Shown here: positions 20,325-29,694 of the stretch, piece by piece | How the letters are laid out: the number at the start of each line of letters is the position of its first letter | Numbering within the stretch: position 1 is the stretch's first letter | From: an uncultured Acidimicrobiia bacterium | GTDB taxonomy: Bacteria; Acidobacteriota; Terriglobia; Versatilivoradales; Versatilivoraceae | Assembly (NCBI GenBank): GCA_963786955.1 | Contig: CAWBAT010000006.1 | Location: 800,001 to 864,000 of the forward strand | Direction of reading: 5' to 3' | DNA length: 64,000 bases | Notes under the pieces: model-generated | What the model was told of the DNA's origin: nothing | Seen by the model: only the letters and a program-made list of their open reading frames with translations | Databases searched by the model: none | Translations under genes and position numbers: made by a program

Positions 20325-20404
20325 GAGGTGCGCATGAAAATTTACGGCCGGGAGATAGATAAGCAATATTATGGAAAGAGAAGACGGAATCTATCCTTCG
20401 AGAC

Positions 20405-20641
20405 CTAATCTTTATCTTTTTGCTGGCGGTACTTAAGAATCATTATCTCCATCTGATCCTTTACATGTAATTTCTTTTTTTTCAGAGTCACTTCCTTGAC
20501 CTTCTCTTCTTCCGATAAGAAATTCTTGTGAGTCAGCTTCGATAATTCTTCGTCATAAGACGAATGCTCCAGTACCAGCCGTCTAAATACTTCACTTGAC
20601 TGCAAGAGAAGTTCTTTGATCTCAAGGGTCCCTGATTCCAT
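20405..20641 (-). CDS. YdcH/DUF465 family small coiled-coil protein
   Basis: FRRLVLEHSSYDEEL...LKKKKLHVKDQM; ATG at 20641 behind AAGGAGG. Confidence 0.85.
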   Translation of the reverse strand: MESGTLEIKELLLQSSEVFRRLVLEHSSYDEELSKLTHKNFLSEEEKVKEVTLKKKKLHVKDQMEIMILKYRQQKDKD

Positions 20642-20765
20642 TCCCCTACCTCCTTTGTTAAAATGCAGAAGATTCTCCACCCTCCAGCAACCCACCTACC
20701 CTGAAACGTAGCATAACGAAAAAATCAAGACAAGAGCAAATGCCCGGTTGAATTCTGCGGGCGAA

Positions 20766-21539
20766 CTACAAGTTCAAGTATTCTTTCAGCCTCTTGGAAT
20801 GCGAGCGGCTCACGGGAATCTCCGTTTCTTTCCGATCGGCCATCTTTAGCTGAAGCGTTCGATTAAACCAAGGAACCACTTCTTTGATCTTATTGATGTT
20901 AACTAGGTAAGAACGATGAACCCTCCAGAAAATTTCAGGGTCCAAATTCGCTTGCAATTCCTCGAGCGTGCGGAAATTCGTCTCGCCCGTCAATTCTTGA
21001 GTAGCCACTTGAACGACACTCCCCGACACACTGGCGTAAATCAAATCTTCCGAGTCAACCAAGAGATTGCGGTTCTTATCTTTCACCAGGAGTTTAGACT
21101 TTTTCGATTTATGCTCGGGGGAAGCCATCAGGCTGATCAGATTCTGCAGTTGCCCGCTCATCTTGCTTTCTGACTCAAGCTGCTTCTTGACCCTCTGAAC
21201 GGCTTTCTCAAGGCGGCTTCTCTCAATGGGCTTCAAGATGTAGTCCATTGCGTGAATATCAAAGGCCTTGACCGCATACTGGTCGTAAGCAGTCACGAAG
21301 ATTACTTGGGGAAGAACATCTTTCTTGGAGAGCTGTTCGACTACCTTGAAGCCGTTCAAACCAGGCATTTCAATGTCCAAGAAGAGCAAATCCGGCTCAA
21401 GATCCTCCACCAGTTTGATCGCCTCGACTCCGTTGTGTCCCTGGCCAATGACTTTGATATCCGCCAAGGAGCTAAGAAGGAAATTCAGTTCTTCCAACGC
21501 CGGCTGCTCGTCATCCACAATAATGCATGAAATGGGCAT
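20766..21539 (-). CDS. LytTR family response regulator
   Basis: REC domain (FLDIEMP, FVTAYDQYA); FWRVHRSYLVN and IPVSR LytTR motifs. Confidence 0.95.
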   Translation of the reverse strand: MPISCIIVDDEQPALEELNFLLSSLADIKVIGQGHNGVEAIKLVEDLEPDLLFLDIEMPGLNGFKVVEQLSKKDVLPQVIFVTAYDQYAVKAFDIHAMDYILKPIERSRLEKAVQRVKKQLESESKMSGQLQNLISLMASPEHKSKKSKLLVKDKNRNLLVDSEDLIYASVSGSVVQVATQELTGETNFRTLEELQANLDPEIFWRVHRSYLVNINKIKEVVPWFNRTLQLKMADRKETEIPVSRSHSKRLKEYLNL

Positions 21540-21553
21540 CTTTCTTCTCTATT

Positions 21554-22873
21554 CTATCTCCTGGCCATGCCTTCCTGGACGGGAAACTCAATACACGTAA
21601 ACGTCCCCTGCCCTGGAACGCTATTCACCTCGAATACGAAATCGGAATGGTAAACCACTTTCAGCCGTTCGATGATGTTACTGATTCCAATCCCTGAGTT
21701 GTAAATTTTGTGGATCTCCGCCTCAGGAATCCCCACTCCATTATCTTGCAATTCAATTTTGATCTTGTCTAGGTTTCGAGTCGTCCGAATCTTGATTCTC
21801 CCTCCTTGGATTTTTGGGCCAATTCCATGTTTTATGGAGTTTTCGATGATCGGTTGGAGAATCATGCTCGGGATCATCACGCCAAGGGTGTTGGATTCCA
21901 CCTCTTTTTCGATGAGCAGTTTATCCCGGCCAAAGCGCATGACTTCAATATCCAGATAGTTATCAATAAACTCTAATTCTTCACGGAGAGACACAAAGTT
22001 TTCATGCCCGTGGAGTAATTTCCGCAAGATATGGGAGAGCTTGATGACCATCGTCCTGGCCGTGTTGGGGTTGGTCCGAATAAGCGAAGAAATCGAGTTC
22101 AGCGTGTTAAACAGGAAATGCGGGTTGATTTGATTCGCCAGGGCGTCCAGTCGAGACTTGACAACCAGCACTTCTTGCTCCGCCAACTTCATTTCCAGAC
22201 GAGTGGTATTCCAAATTTTGAGAGTGAGGCCGACGCAACTGAGCATCCCAATAAATATCAAAAGCATGATCATGGGATTGGGCGAACGAATGGTAAAAAG
22301 CCATCTTTCTGGTAAGCTCTTATCCAGGAAATAAATGAATCCTCCGGTAAGAAGACAACTTGAAAAGAGGATCAATTGCCAGACAACTTTATTTAGACTC
22401 TTCCCGGAGCGGAGTGATTGCACAATGTTAAAGGGAACGAAGGGCGAAAAATTCCAGATTTCTTCCTTGCGAGGACAAATATTGCGCAGCAATCCGCTCG
22501 ATAATCCAATGATAGCAGCTACCGGCAGAAGCATCCACTCATGGTAGAACATCGCCGTTAATCCAACCAGACTCCCGACAATTAATCCCACTACATAACC
22601 TCCAAGCAAGCCCGCTACCAATGTGCCTTCAATGCTCAAGTCAAATGCCTCATAACCGATACCGCAGCGGATGCCGACGCCTACGGCCAAAGGAACTCCC
22701 CAAAACAAAATTAGGTTCAGTTTTTCAGGGAACTCGCGCGGCTCTGCGTACAACGTTTTTTTGAATTTGAGCGAACGAGCCAAAAGGGCGGCCAAGGAGG
22801 CAATAATCCCCAGCTTAACCAGCAAGATGATGAGGATATCCCGATTAATAGAAAAGAAATGCATTGAGCGCAA
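21554..22873 (-). CDS. LytS/YehU family sensor histidine kinase
   Basis: Multi-TM N-terminus; QINPHFLFNTLN; LQPIIENSIKHG. Confidence 0.93.
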   Translation of the reverse strand: MRSMHFFSINRDILIILLVKLGIIASLAALLARSLKFKKTLYAEPREFPEKLNLILFWGVPLAVGVGIRCGIGYEAFDLSIEGTLVAGLLGGYVVGLIVGSLVGLTAMFYHEWMLLPVAAIIGLSSGLLRNICPRKEEIWNFSPFVPFNIVQSLRSGKSLNKVVWQLILFSSCLLTGGFIYFLDKSLPERWLFTIRSPNPMIMLLIFIGMLSCVGLTLKIWNTTRLEMKLAEQEVLVVKSRLDALANQINPHFLFNTLNSISSLIRTNPNTARTMVIKLSHILRKLLHGHENFVSLREELEFIDNYLDIEVMRFGRDKLLIEKEVESNTLGVMIPSMILQPIIENSIKHGIGPKIQGGRIKIRTTRNLDKIKIELQDNGVGIPEAEIHKIYNSGIGISNIIERLKVVYHSDFVFEVNSVPGQGTFTCIEFPVQEGMARR

Positions 22874-23153
22874 ATCAGAGGACTGCCGAAATCCGGTTCA
22901 AAACGATCGATTTGAATTCCTGCCGTAAATTGAAGCGATTCGCTGGGCAGCTGGCGGAAGGCAGCTCTAGAATAACTGAAATCAGTCCCATTTTCACTCA
23001 ATCATTTAATTGGGGTAGATTCACCGACTCTTTTGCGTTTTGGCGGTGTCCAGCGCATTGAGGTGCTATTGAACCTATCCAACTGCTGCCTTATTTCAAT
23101 AATTTACCACCCCACTTATTCACTAAGATCCTTTAATCCCATTAGTTACGCCG

Positions 23154-23169
23154 TGGCCATCCCATTGCT
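23154..23169 (+). promoter_or_regulatory. Sigma-54 -24/-12 promoter upstream of OM beta-barrel gene
   Basis: TGGCCATCCCATTGCT, near-consensus, about 70 bp before the ATG. Confidence 0.65.
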
Positions 23170-23236
23170 TTTGGTCTGGTTACGAGCACGGTCAGCAAAC
23201 TAACACGATGGGACAGAAACCCAATAAGGAGGAAAT

Positions 23237-23737
23237 ATGAAAGGCAGATTCTCATCACAAGCAGCGGTCCTGGGGATTCTTCTCGTGCAAGGGCTTGGGT
23301 TGGCACAAGACACAAAGAGTGTGGAAAGAAAAGGCGCCGGCTATGTCTTCGCGGCACCGGGAGTACAGGTCGATGGAGGCTATGGGCTCTTCGGATTCGG
23401 GGGCGGAGGCGAGGGCCTCTTGAAGGCAGGGTTTGGTATTTCCGCAGATGTTGGGTATTTGTACTACACTCAGGGCGGATTTAACGATGGCTTTGGTCTC
23501 TTCTCGCCGGGAGTTCTCTATCAGTTTCAACGCAAAAGTAAAGTGGTTCCATTCGTCAATGGAGGGTATTCCCTGGCTTTTCGTGAATCCGTCCTCAATA
23601 TGGTCTATTTTGGAGGAGGGGTTAACTATTGGCCCAAGAAGCGCTTGGGACTGCGATTTGAAGTCCGTGACCAGCTCTCACCCAGTGACGTACGTGACAA
23701 TCTGTTACAGTTCAGGATTGGTCTCCTGTTTCGTTAA
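23237..23737 (+). CDS. Small outer-membrane beta-barrel protein
   Basis: Signal peptide; Gly/aromatic alternating strands (VVPFVNGGYS, LGLRFEVRD); C-terminal FRIGLLFR; SD AAGGAGG. Confidence 0.8.
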   Translation: MKGRFSSQAAVLGILLVQGLGLAQDTKSVERKGAGYVFAAPGVQVDGGYGLFGFGGGGEGLLKAGFGISADVGYLYYTQGGFNDGFGLFSPGVLYQFQRKSKVVPFVNGGYSLAFRESVLNMVYFGGGVNYWPKKRLGLRFEVRDQLSPSDVRDNLLQFRIGLLFR

Positions 23738-23988
23738 GTATCAAATGTGCAAGGGACAAGGAGCAAGCAACAAGAGAACCCGGGGAAAGGTTAAGAACTC
23801 CCCCCACATAACACGGTTGCAAAAGGTCTCTTCTTGATGGAAAGTAGGACCGACTTACTGTCAGCGTAGAAGAGATTTGTGGGATTACCGGTTCCGTCGT
23901 GTGACCTGGGCAAGTTTCACGAACTTTGGCCCTTCAATCTGCACTTCGCTTCAAGGCGAGATTCAAAAATTTCAGCACAGGGGATCCA

Positions 23989-24825
23989 ATGAAAATATCA
24001 CTCTGCAATGAAGTGATACGGGAAATGGGGTTTGAAGAGCAATGCCGCTTTTGCAAGAGTCTGGGCTACGATGGTTTAGAGCTGGCTCCCTTCACGATTG
24101 ACGAAAATCCTCACTTGATCCCCTCGGCGAAACGGGTACAGCTCAGAACCACAGCGGAAAACGAAGGTGTACCGATTACAGGTCTGCACTGGTTGCTGGT
24201 ATCGCCAAAAGGTCTGTCAATAACCGGTAAAGAGCGGAGTGTTCGTCAAAAGACGGTGGAAGTCATGCGCGGTTTGGTTGAACTCTGTGCCGATCTCGGG
24301 GGAAAAGTTCTTGTTCATGGATCTCCCTTACAAAGGAAGATTTCGCCTGACGACAACCCGGACGAGGCATGGAAAAGGGCATTGGACTGTTTTTCTGAAG
24401 TGGCAGAACTGACCGCCCAAGCCGGTTTGATCTACTGCATCGAGCCGCTCGCTCCACAAGACACTTCATTTGTAAACACGGTCGAACAGGCCGTGAAAAT
24501 GGTTAAAGCGCTTGGAAATCCTGCTTTCCGCACCATGATCGATTGCTTTGCCGCAAGCCATTCCGAAACCCAATCCATTCCTGATTTGATTCGGCATTGG
24601 GCTCCTACAGAACTTCTTTCTCACATCCATTTTAATGATAAGAATCGAAGAGGGCCTGGCCAAGGAGAGACTCGTTTTACCCCGATACTTGCCGCTCTCC
24701 GCGAGGTGGAATATCGCGGCATGATTGGCGTAGAGCCATTCGATTACTACCCGGAAGGACCCACCTGTGCGGCCCAGGCCATTGGCCGGATCAGAGGCAT
24801 TCTTGAGACGCTTGACGGCATCTGA
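23989..24825 (+). CDS. Sugar phosphate isomerase/epimerase (xylose isomerase-like TIM barrel, tagatose-epimerase-like)
   Basis: GYDGLELAPF, IEPL, HIHFNDKNRRGPGQG, GVEPF metal-binding motifs. Confidence 0.88.
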   Translation: MKISLCNEVIREMGFEEQCRFCKSLGYDGLELAPFTIDENPHLIPSAKRVQLRTTAENEGVPITGLHWLLVSPKGLSITGKERSVRQKTVEVMRGLVELCADLGGKVLVHGSPLQRKISPDDNPDEAWKRALDCFSEVAELTAQAGLIYCIEPLAPQDTSFVNTVEQAVKMVKALGNPAFRTMIDCFAASHSETQSIPDLIRHWAPTELLSHIHFNDKNRRGPGQGETRFTPILAALREVEYRGMIGVEPFDYYPEGPTCAAQAIGRIRGILETLDGI

Positions 24826-24863
24826 AATTCATTCTCGAGGACTGTTATGCAAGGGTTGGAAAT

Positions 24864-24960
24864 CCCCCTCGCCCCCAGCCCCTCTCCCACGGCGCTGGGG
24901 AGAGGGGAGCCGATATAAGACAGCATGGGAAGTTTGTAGCGGCGCTCTAAGAGCGCCGTC
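24864..24960. repeat. REP-like palindrome cluster
   Basis: CCCCTCTCCC...GGGAGAGGGG hairpin followed by GTAGCGGCGCTCTAAGAGCGCCG (GTAG plus palindrome), between convergent genes. Confidence 0.6.
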
Positions 24961-25062
24961 TAGGTAGTTCATTTACGGTGGATTCCTCAGCCCCTGGTTT
25001 GCCTTTCCTCCAACTCAAGATTGCAAACGAAAAATCTGACCCTTCATGACGCCCACAACTCG

Positions 25063-25656
25063 TCAATTGGACTTTTCGATGTGCAGGTTGTTGGCTACTG
25101 AAGAAACCTCAGAAACAGAATGGGCTTGGATGTTTGCGATAGTCTTGTCTGATTCATTTTCAAGCACCCCTTCAAGGAAGACTTTCCCATCTTTTACAAT
25201 GATATGGATTGGAGGCACTGCTTGCAGGGCATATTTAGCCAAGGTGGGATGTTGATAGATGGCGCGATAGACATTCCGCCGAATACTCACGTCAATAGGG
25301 GAAACAGGAAGGACCTCCACGTGGTTCGTGACCTCTTCAACACCCTCAATTTTCTTGATGGCCCCTTCAGCATCACTCTTTAGAAGAGATCGGCTTACCT
25401 GCCCCAAGAGCTCTACCGTCCTGCCGTCTATTTGAAAGGCGAGATAGTCGAAAACGGTATAGTCAGGAAGTATTTCCAACGCTTCGCGAACGAGCTTCGC
25501 CAATTGTTGTTCCGCTTGTTTGGGCTCTCGTTTCGTCTTCAGTTCAGATTTCTTCTGGCTATCCTTGTCCTGGGCCAATGCCATGGCCAGCCCACTCAAG
25601 GTAAGATACAAAACTAAAGCATAAATTCGAATACGGAGGGATCTCGATTGATGCAT
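25063..25656 (-). CDS. BON-domain periplasmic protein (two BON domains)
   Basis: VELLGQV...IEGVEEVTNHVEVLP and IHIIVKDGKVFLEGV...VSSVANNL; ATG at 25656 behind GGAGGAG. Confidence 0.88.
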   Translation of the reverse strand: MHQSRSLRIRIYALVLYLTLSGLAMALAQDKDSQKKSELKTKREPKQAEQQLAKLVREALEILPDYTVFDYLAFQIDGRTVELLGQVSRSLLKSDAEGAIKKIEGVEEVTNHVEVLPVSPIDVSIRRNVYRAIYQHPTLAKYALQAVPPIHIIVKDGKVFLEGVLENESDKTIANIQAHSVSEVSSVANNLHIEKSN

Positions 25657-25791
25657 GCGCACTCCTCCTCCCAGGGGGGATACAGCGGCCTGATCATAGT
25701 AAAGGAATTCTGGTTCCGTCAATTGAGTTTTTGATATGAAGGGCCGGAATGGAAGATCCCAGAATACCCGTGTGGGTGAGTCTGTTTCCCG

Positions 25792-27288
25792 CTAGATATA
25801 GGCCCGCTCGGCTTGCCGTATGGCCCGGTACCGGGCAAAGATTTCTTCTTCTTTTTCCAGGCCCAGAAAAGACCGCAGGGTCATTCCTCGATAGGTGTGA
25901 GACAGCATTTTGTGTCCGTTGCGAAGAACAAACCAGGGGTCATGCCTCAAGACAGCCGGGAAGTGATGCGACTTCATGGCACGTTCCGCTCTCCAACGGA
26001 GGAATTCAATGTCATGTGTCGAAAGGTGTTCGCTACGAACGACAGCGGTGGTTCCGTCGTACTCTTCCAGCTTATCGTTAATGATGAGGCCACGATCCTG
26101 AAAGTCCTTGGTCATCGGAGTACGAGGATAGGGTGTAGGATGCTGAATATAGGGCCAGTCCACGTATTTGCTGGCAAATTCTAAATTCGCCAAAACAGAT
26201 TCCTGGGTATCATCCGGGTTCCCCACAATCAGGCCTCCAATAACAAACATCTTGTTCTTGTGAATATAGTCAATCGCCTTCAAAGTGGCGTTGCCAATCT
26301 CCCGCCCATTTTCCCGTTTGGCGTTTTTGGAACGGGCTTTGAGAAATTTCAAGTCATCTTCCAAAATGTTTTCGATGCCCAAAAATACATACCGCATGCC
26401 TGCCTGGCGCATTTTCGGAGCCAGGGTTTCGCCGTGATTAGCAATGGCGGAGGTCATGGCTTGAATGGAGTAATCAATTTTATGGAGCCCCGCTTTGACG
26501 ATAGCCTCGCAGAGAGCTTCAAAGCGATGCACATCGAGAGTGATGTTATCGTCAACAATAAAAATGGCCCGCGCGCCATGCTCATGGGCATCCCGGATAT
26601 CAGAGATCACTCGGTCAAAATTAAAGGTGTGGAAGTTGCGTCCCCGCATCTCAATGATGGAGCAGAAACTGCAATCAAAGGTGCAACCACGTGACGTCTC
26701 GATCACATCAATGGGCCGGCCGAGGAAAGTGTATCCCGTCAGCACGCGTGCCCCACGGTTTGGCAAACATAGACCATTTCCATTCAAATGGTCGATGGGC
26801 CGGTCCTCGTTGTGAATGAAGTGATCCCCTTGACGGAACGACAACCCAAGAATCCCATCAAAACTGCTGCCCGATTCCATCGCCCTCAATAGATCGCGGA
26901 AGGTAAACTCTCCTTCGCCCCGCACAATAAAATCAACGGCTCCTGGCGAGCGATCCGTGTAACCTTCCACAGCAAGACTCGGATCATACCCACCTACAAC
27001 GATGCGAACATCGGGGTTCAAACTGCGGACAAGCTCAATGATTTTCTTGGCCGTTTTTCGCTGAAACGTCATGACCGAAAGGCCAACGACATCTGGCTTA
27101 CACTTCTCAACCAATTGTTCAACGGTTTGGCGAACTCGGTCTTGAACGAGAATCAAATCTGCCACCGCAACTTTGTGATGAGAATCAATATTGCCGGCGA
27201 GCGAAATCAGAGCACCATTGGGCATACGAATCGCTACCGTGGGCATATGCTCAAAGGAGTCGGGCATGGACAAAAGGAGTATGTTCAT
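25792..27288 (-). CDS. B12-binding radical SAM protein
   Basis: N-terminal cobalamin-binding domain (PDVVGLS, VVGGYD, VRGEGE); SRGCTFDCSFC CxxxCxxC; VDDNI; TPYPRTPM. Confidence 0.92.
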   Translation of the reverse strand: MNILLLSMPDSFEHMPTVAIRMPNGALISLAGNIDSHHKVAVADLILVQDRVRQTVEQLVEKCKPDVVGLSVMTFQRKTAKKIIELVRSLNPDVRIVVGGYDPSLAVEGYTDRSPGAVDFIVRGEGEFTFRDLLRAMESGSSFDGILGLSFRQGDHFIHNEDRPIDHLNGNGLCLPNRGARVLTGYTFLGRPIDVIETSRGCTFDCSFCSIIEMRGRNFHTFNFDRVISDIRDAHEHGARAIFIVDDNITLDVHRFEALCEAIVKAGLHKIDYSIQAMTSAIANHGETLAPKMRQAGMRYVFLGIENILEDDLKFLKARSKNAKRENGREIGNATLKAIDYIHKNKMFVIGGLIVGNPDDTQESVLANLEFASKYVDWPYIQHPTPYPRTPMTKDFQDRGLIINDKLEEYDGTTAVVRSEHLSTHDIEFLRWRAERAMKSHHFPAVLRHDPWFVLRNGHKMLSHTYRGMTLRSFLGLEKEEEIFARYRAIRQAERAYI

Positions 27289-27555
27289 GAATTGGCTCCT
27301 GATTTCTTCTTGATCTATCGGGGCTGCAGACAGTCTATCGGACGTTCAGAAGAAGTCAAGGGCAGGTTTCAGGGTGTGTCAGGTTTCAGGGGATGAGGTC
27401 AAGCGGAAAGTACAGGACAGGTTAATCATTCAAACAATGGAAGCTCCATGATGATCTCCCTTAAGCTCAGGGGGAATTCTGGGAAAGCCGCCCCTCCACC
27501 GGAGGGAAGAAGGGCGGCTAAGAAAATCCTCCAAGTTCAATGCCTAGAGTCTTGC

Positions 27556-28191
27556 TCATGGGGTTTGGCTTTTGGATTTTCGGGCCGCCTCCGGACGAAT
27601 CGACATCTCTTCCTCTTCGATCATGTCTTGCCGCTTAAACCAACGGGAAACAAATAGAATTCCGCTCAAAAGGATTGCTCCAATAACAATGGCTATTCCG
27701 CGGGGAAGAAAGGCTCCAATGAGAAGAAACGGGCCCAGAGCGAGACCAGCAAGTCCTGAGATAACCAGCGTATGGCTTATCCAGTCTTCTTCTGGGATCT
27801 TCAAGCGTTCCCCGGCAAATGCACCGGCAATAGAAGCGACAATAGCCACTGCTCCTAAGGTGAGAGCGATTCCATAGCTCCGTTGCGACACGGCAAACGT
27901 GAACAGGAATAGTCCATTCAATATGCCCGTCTGTGAAGTGATTACATCAATTCCCAACGTGACAATCGTTGCCAGAGTTGGCTCAATGATCTCAATCCGC
28001 TCGGCCATCCAACCAATGACAAAGCCTCCTGCCAAAAACGCGATGAGCGTATAGACCACTGTTCCCAACAGGGTGGAGAATTCAGGCGGCGCAGTTGCAG
28101 GGATGAGGTGGTGAATCAGGAAGAGAATCAGCACCTGCATCAAATACATTACTCCGACACCAATCAAAAACCATCTCAGTCTCTCTTTCAT
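27556..28191 (-). CDS. Hypothetical multi-pass membrane protein
   Basis: About six hydrophobic segments; SD GGAGG; followed by GCCGCCC...GGGCGGC-TTT hairpin. Confidence 0.7.
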   Translation of the reverse strand: MKERLRWFLIGVGVMYLMQVLILFLIHHLIPATAPPEFSTLLGTVVYTLIAFLAGGFVIGWMAERIEIIEPTLATIVTLGIDVITSQTGILNGLFLFTFAVSQRSYGIALTLGAVAIVASIAGAFAGERLKIPEEDWISHTLVISGLAGLALGPFLLIGAFLPRGIAIVIGAILLSGILFVSRWFKRQDMIEEEEMSIRPEAARKSKSQTP

Positions 28192-28368
28192 GGCGACCTC
28201 CGAGCGATGTTGAGTTCCGGGTCCCTTTTGATCCTGTCAGGGCCCGGCCGGATAATCCAGTTAAAGAATCGTTGTCTGAATAGCATCCCTCCCTTCATCG
28301 GGTTCAACATCAGCGCGAATGTAACTCCTTCTCAGCCAGCTTGAAATCGGTTGGGTCCGGGTACTTAC

Positions 28369-29667
28369 TTAGCCCAATGACGATAGACCGGAAAAAGCCC
28401 GATCGAGGATTCGAACGGCTTCATCGACATCGTTTCTCGAGCAGGTCAACGGAGGTCCGAGACGAATCACATGGCCCCATAGCCCGCCCTTGCCGATCAA
28501 TAAACCCAATTCACGCGTCTTTTCAAAAATTTGATGTACGGCTTGTGGGTTGGGAGATTGGTCAGGAAAAATCAGCTCCAATGCCTGCATCAGGCCCATT
28601 CCCCGAACGTCTCCAATCACCGCATGTTTTTCCTTAAGCTCCTCGAGCTTGGTCCGAAGGTAGCTACCCGTTTCTCTTGCGTTCTGAATAAGCTGATGCT
28701 TTTCAATATATTCAATGACTGCTAAAGCGGCGGCGGCGGTAACAGGGTTCCCCCCAAAGGTAGAGAAAGAGAGGGAACGATAACTGTCGGCGACCTCAGG
28801 AGTCGCAATGGTTGCTCCAATGGGAACTCCATTGGCCATCCCCTTGGCTAAAGTCATAATGTCAGGCTCCACATCCCAATAGGAAATCCCGAACATGGAC
28901 TCACCCGTTCTTCCCCAGGCAGTCTGAACTTCATCCACAATGAGGAGCCCGCCATATTTCTTGATAATGCTTTGAACTTCTTTGAAATACTCTTTGGGGG
29001 CTGGAATAAATCCGCCGACACCGAGGATGGGTTCTGCCAGGAAAGCCGCTATTCTTCCCGTAGTGGTCGTCTGAATCAGCTCTTCGATATCTTTGGCGCA
29101 ACGCAATTCGCAAGAAGGGTAAGTCAACCCAAAGGGACATCGATAGCAATAAGGAGCGGCCGCATGGACGAAACCGGGCACTGCGGATGGGATGACTCGC
29201 CAAGTCGAATGTCCGCTCATGGCCATTCCTGTTTGAGACCGCCCGCTATAACCATGCCGGAGGACAACGATTTCCTGGGTGCCCGTATATTGCTTGGCCA
29301 GAATGACGGCAGTTTCGTCCGCTTCGGTCCCGCTGTTTGTAAAATAACTCTTCTGCAAGCGTCCTGGAGTAATGGCCGCCAGTTTCTCGGCCAACGCAAT
29401 CACAGGTTGGTTAAGGTAGAGGGTCGATGTGTGCTGGACTCTTTTCATCTGGTCTTCAATGGCGGCATTGACCTCAGGATTACAGTGCCCGACACTGACC
29501 GTCAACACCCCTCCAAAGAAATCCAGATAAGCTTCCCCTTCCGCATCCCAAACCTGCAGCCCCTGGGCCCGGTCAACAACTAAAGGCTCTTCATAATAAG
29601 TATTGGCACACGGAAAAATGTACTCTTCCTTTTTGGATACAATATCTTCTTTGACCTTCAGATCCAT
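28369..29667 (-). CDS. Class III PLP aminotransferase (AGXT2/GabT-like)
   Basis: YLDFFGG, NSGTEA, DEVQTAWGRTG, PDIMTLAKGMANG, TFGGNP. Confidence 0.93.
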   Translation of the reverse strand: MDLKVKEDIVSKKEEYIFPCANTYYEEPLVVDRAQGLQVWDAEGEAYLDFFGGVLTVSVGHCNPEVNAAIEDQMKRVQHTSTLYLNQPVIALAEKLAAITPGRLQKSYFTNSGTEADETAVILAKQYTGTQEIVVLRHGYSGRSQTGMAMSGHSTWRVIPSAVPGFVHAAAPYCYRCPFGLTYPSCELRCAKDIEELIQTTTTGRIAAFLAEPILGVGGFIPAPKEYFKEVQSIIKKYGGLLIVDEVQTAWGRTGESMFGISYWDVEPDIMTLAKGMANGVPIGATIATPEVADSYRSLSFSTFGGNPVTAAAALAVIEYIEKHQLIQNARETGSYLRTKLEELKEKHAVIGDVRGMGLMQALELIFPDQSPNPQAVHQIFEKTRELGLLIGKGGLWGHVIRLGPPLTCSRNDVDEAVRILDRAFSGLSSLG

Positions 29668-29694
29668 AGCACTCCTTGACCGCAGTTCCTTTCT

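Noticed and set aside
28280-28310. SAM-I-like words (CCCGATGAAG, GGATGCTA)
   Set aside because: Lacks AUCAAGAG, the GAGGGA-before-CCC pairing and GCAACC
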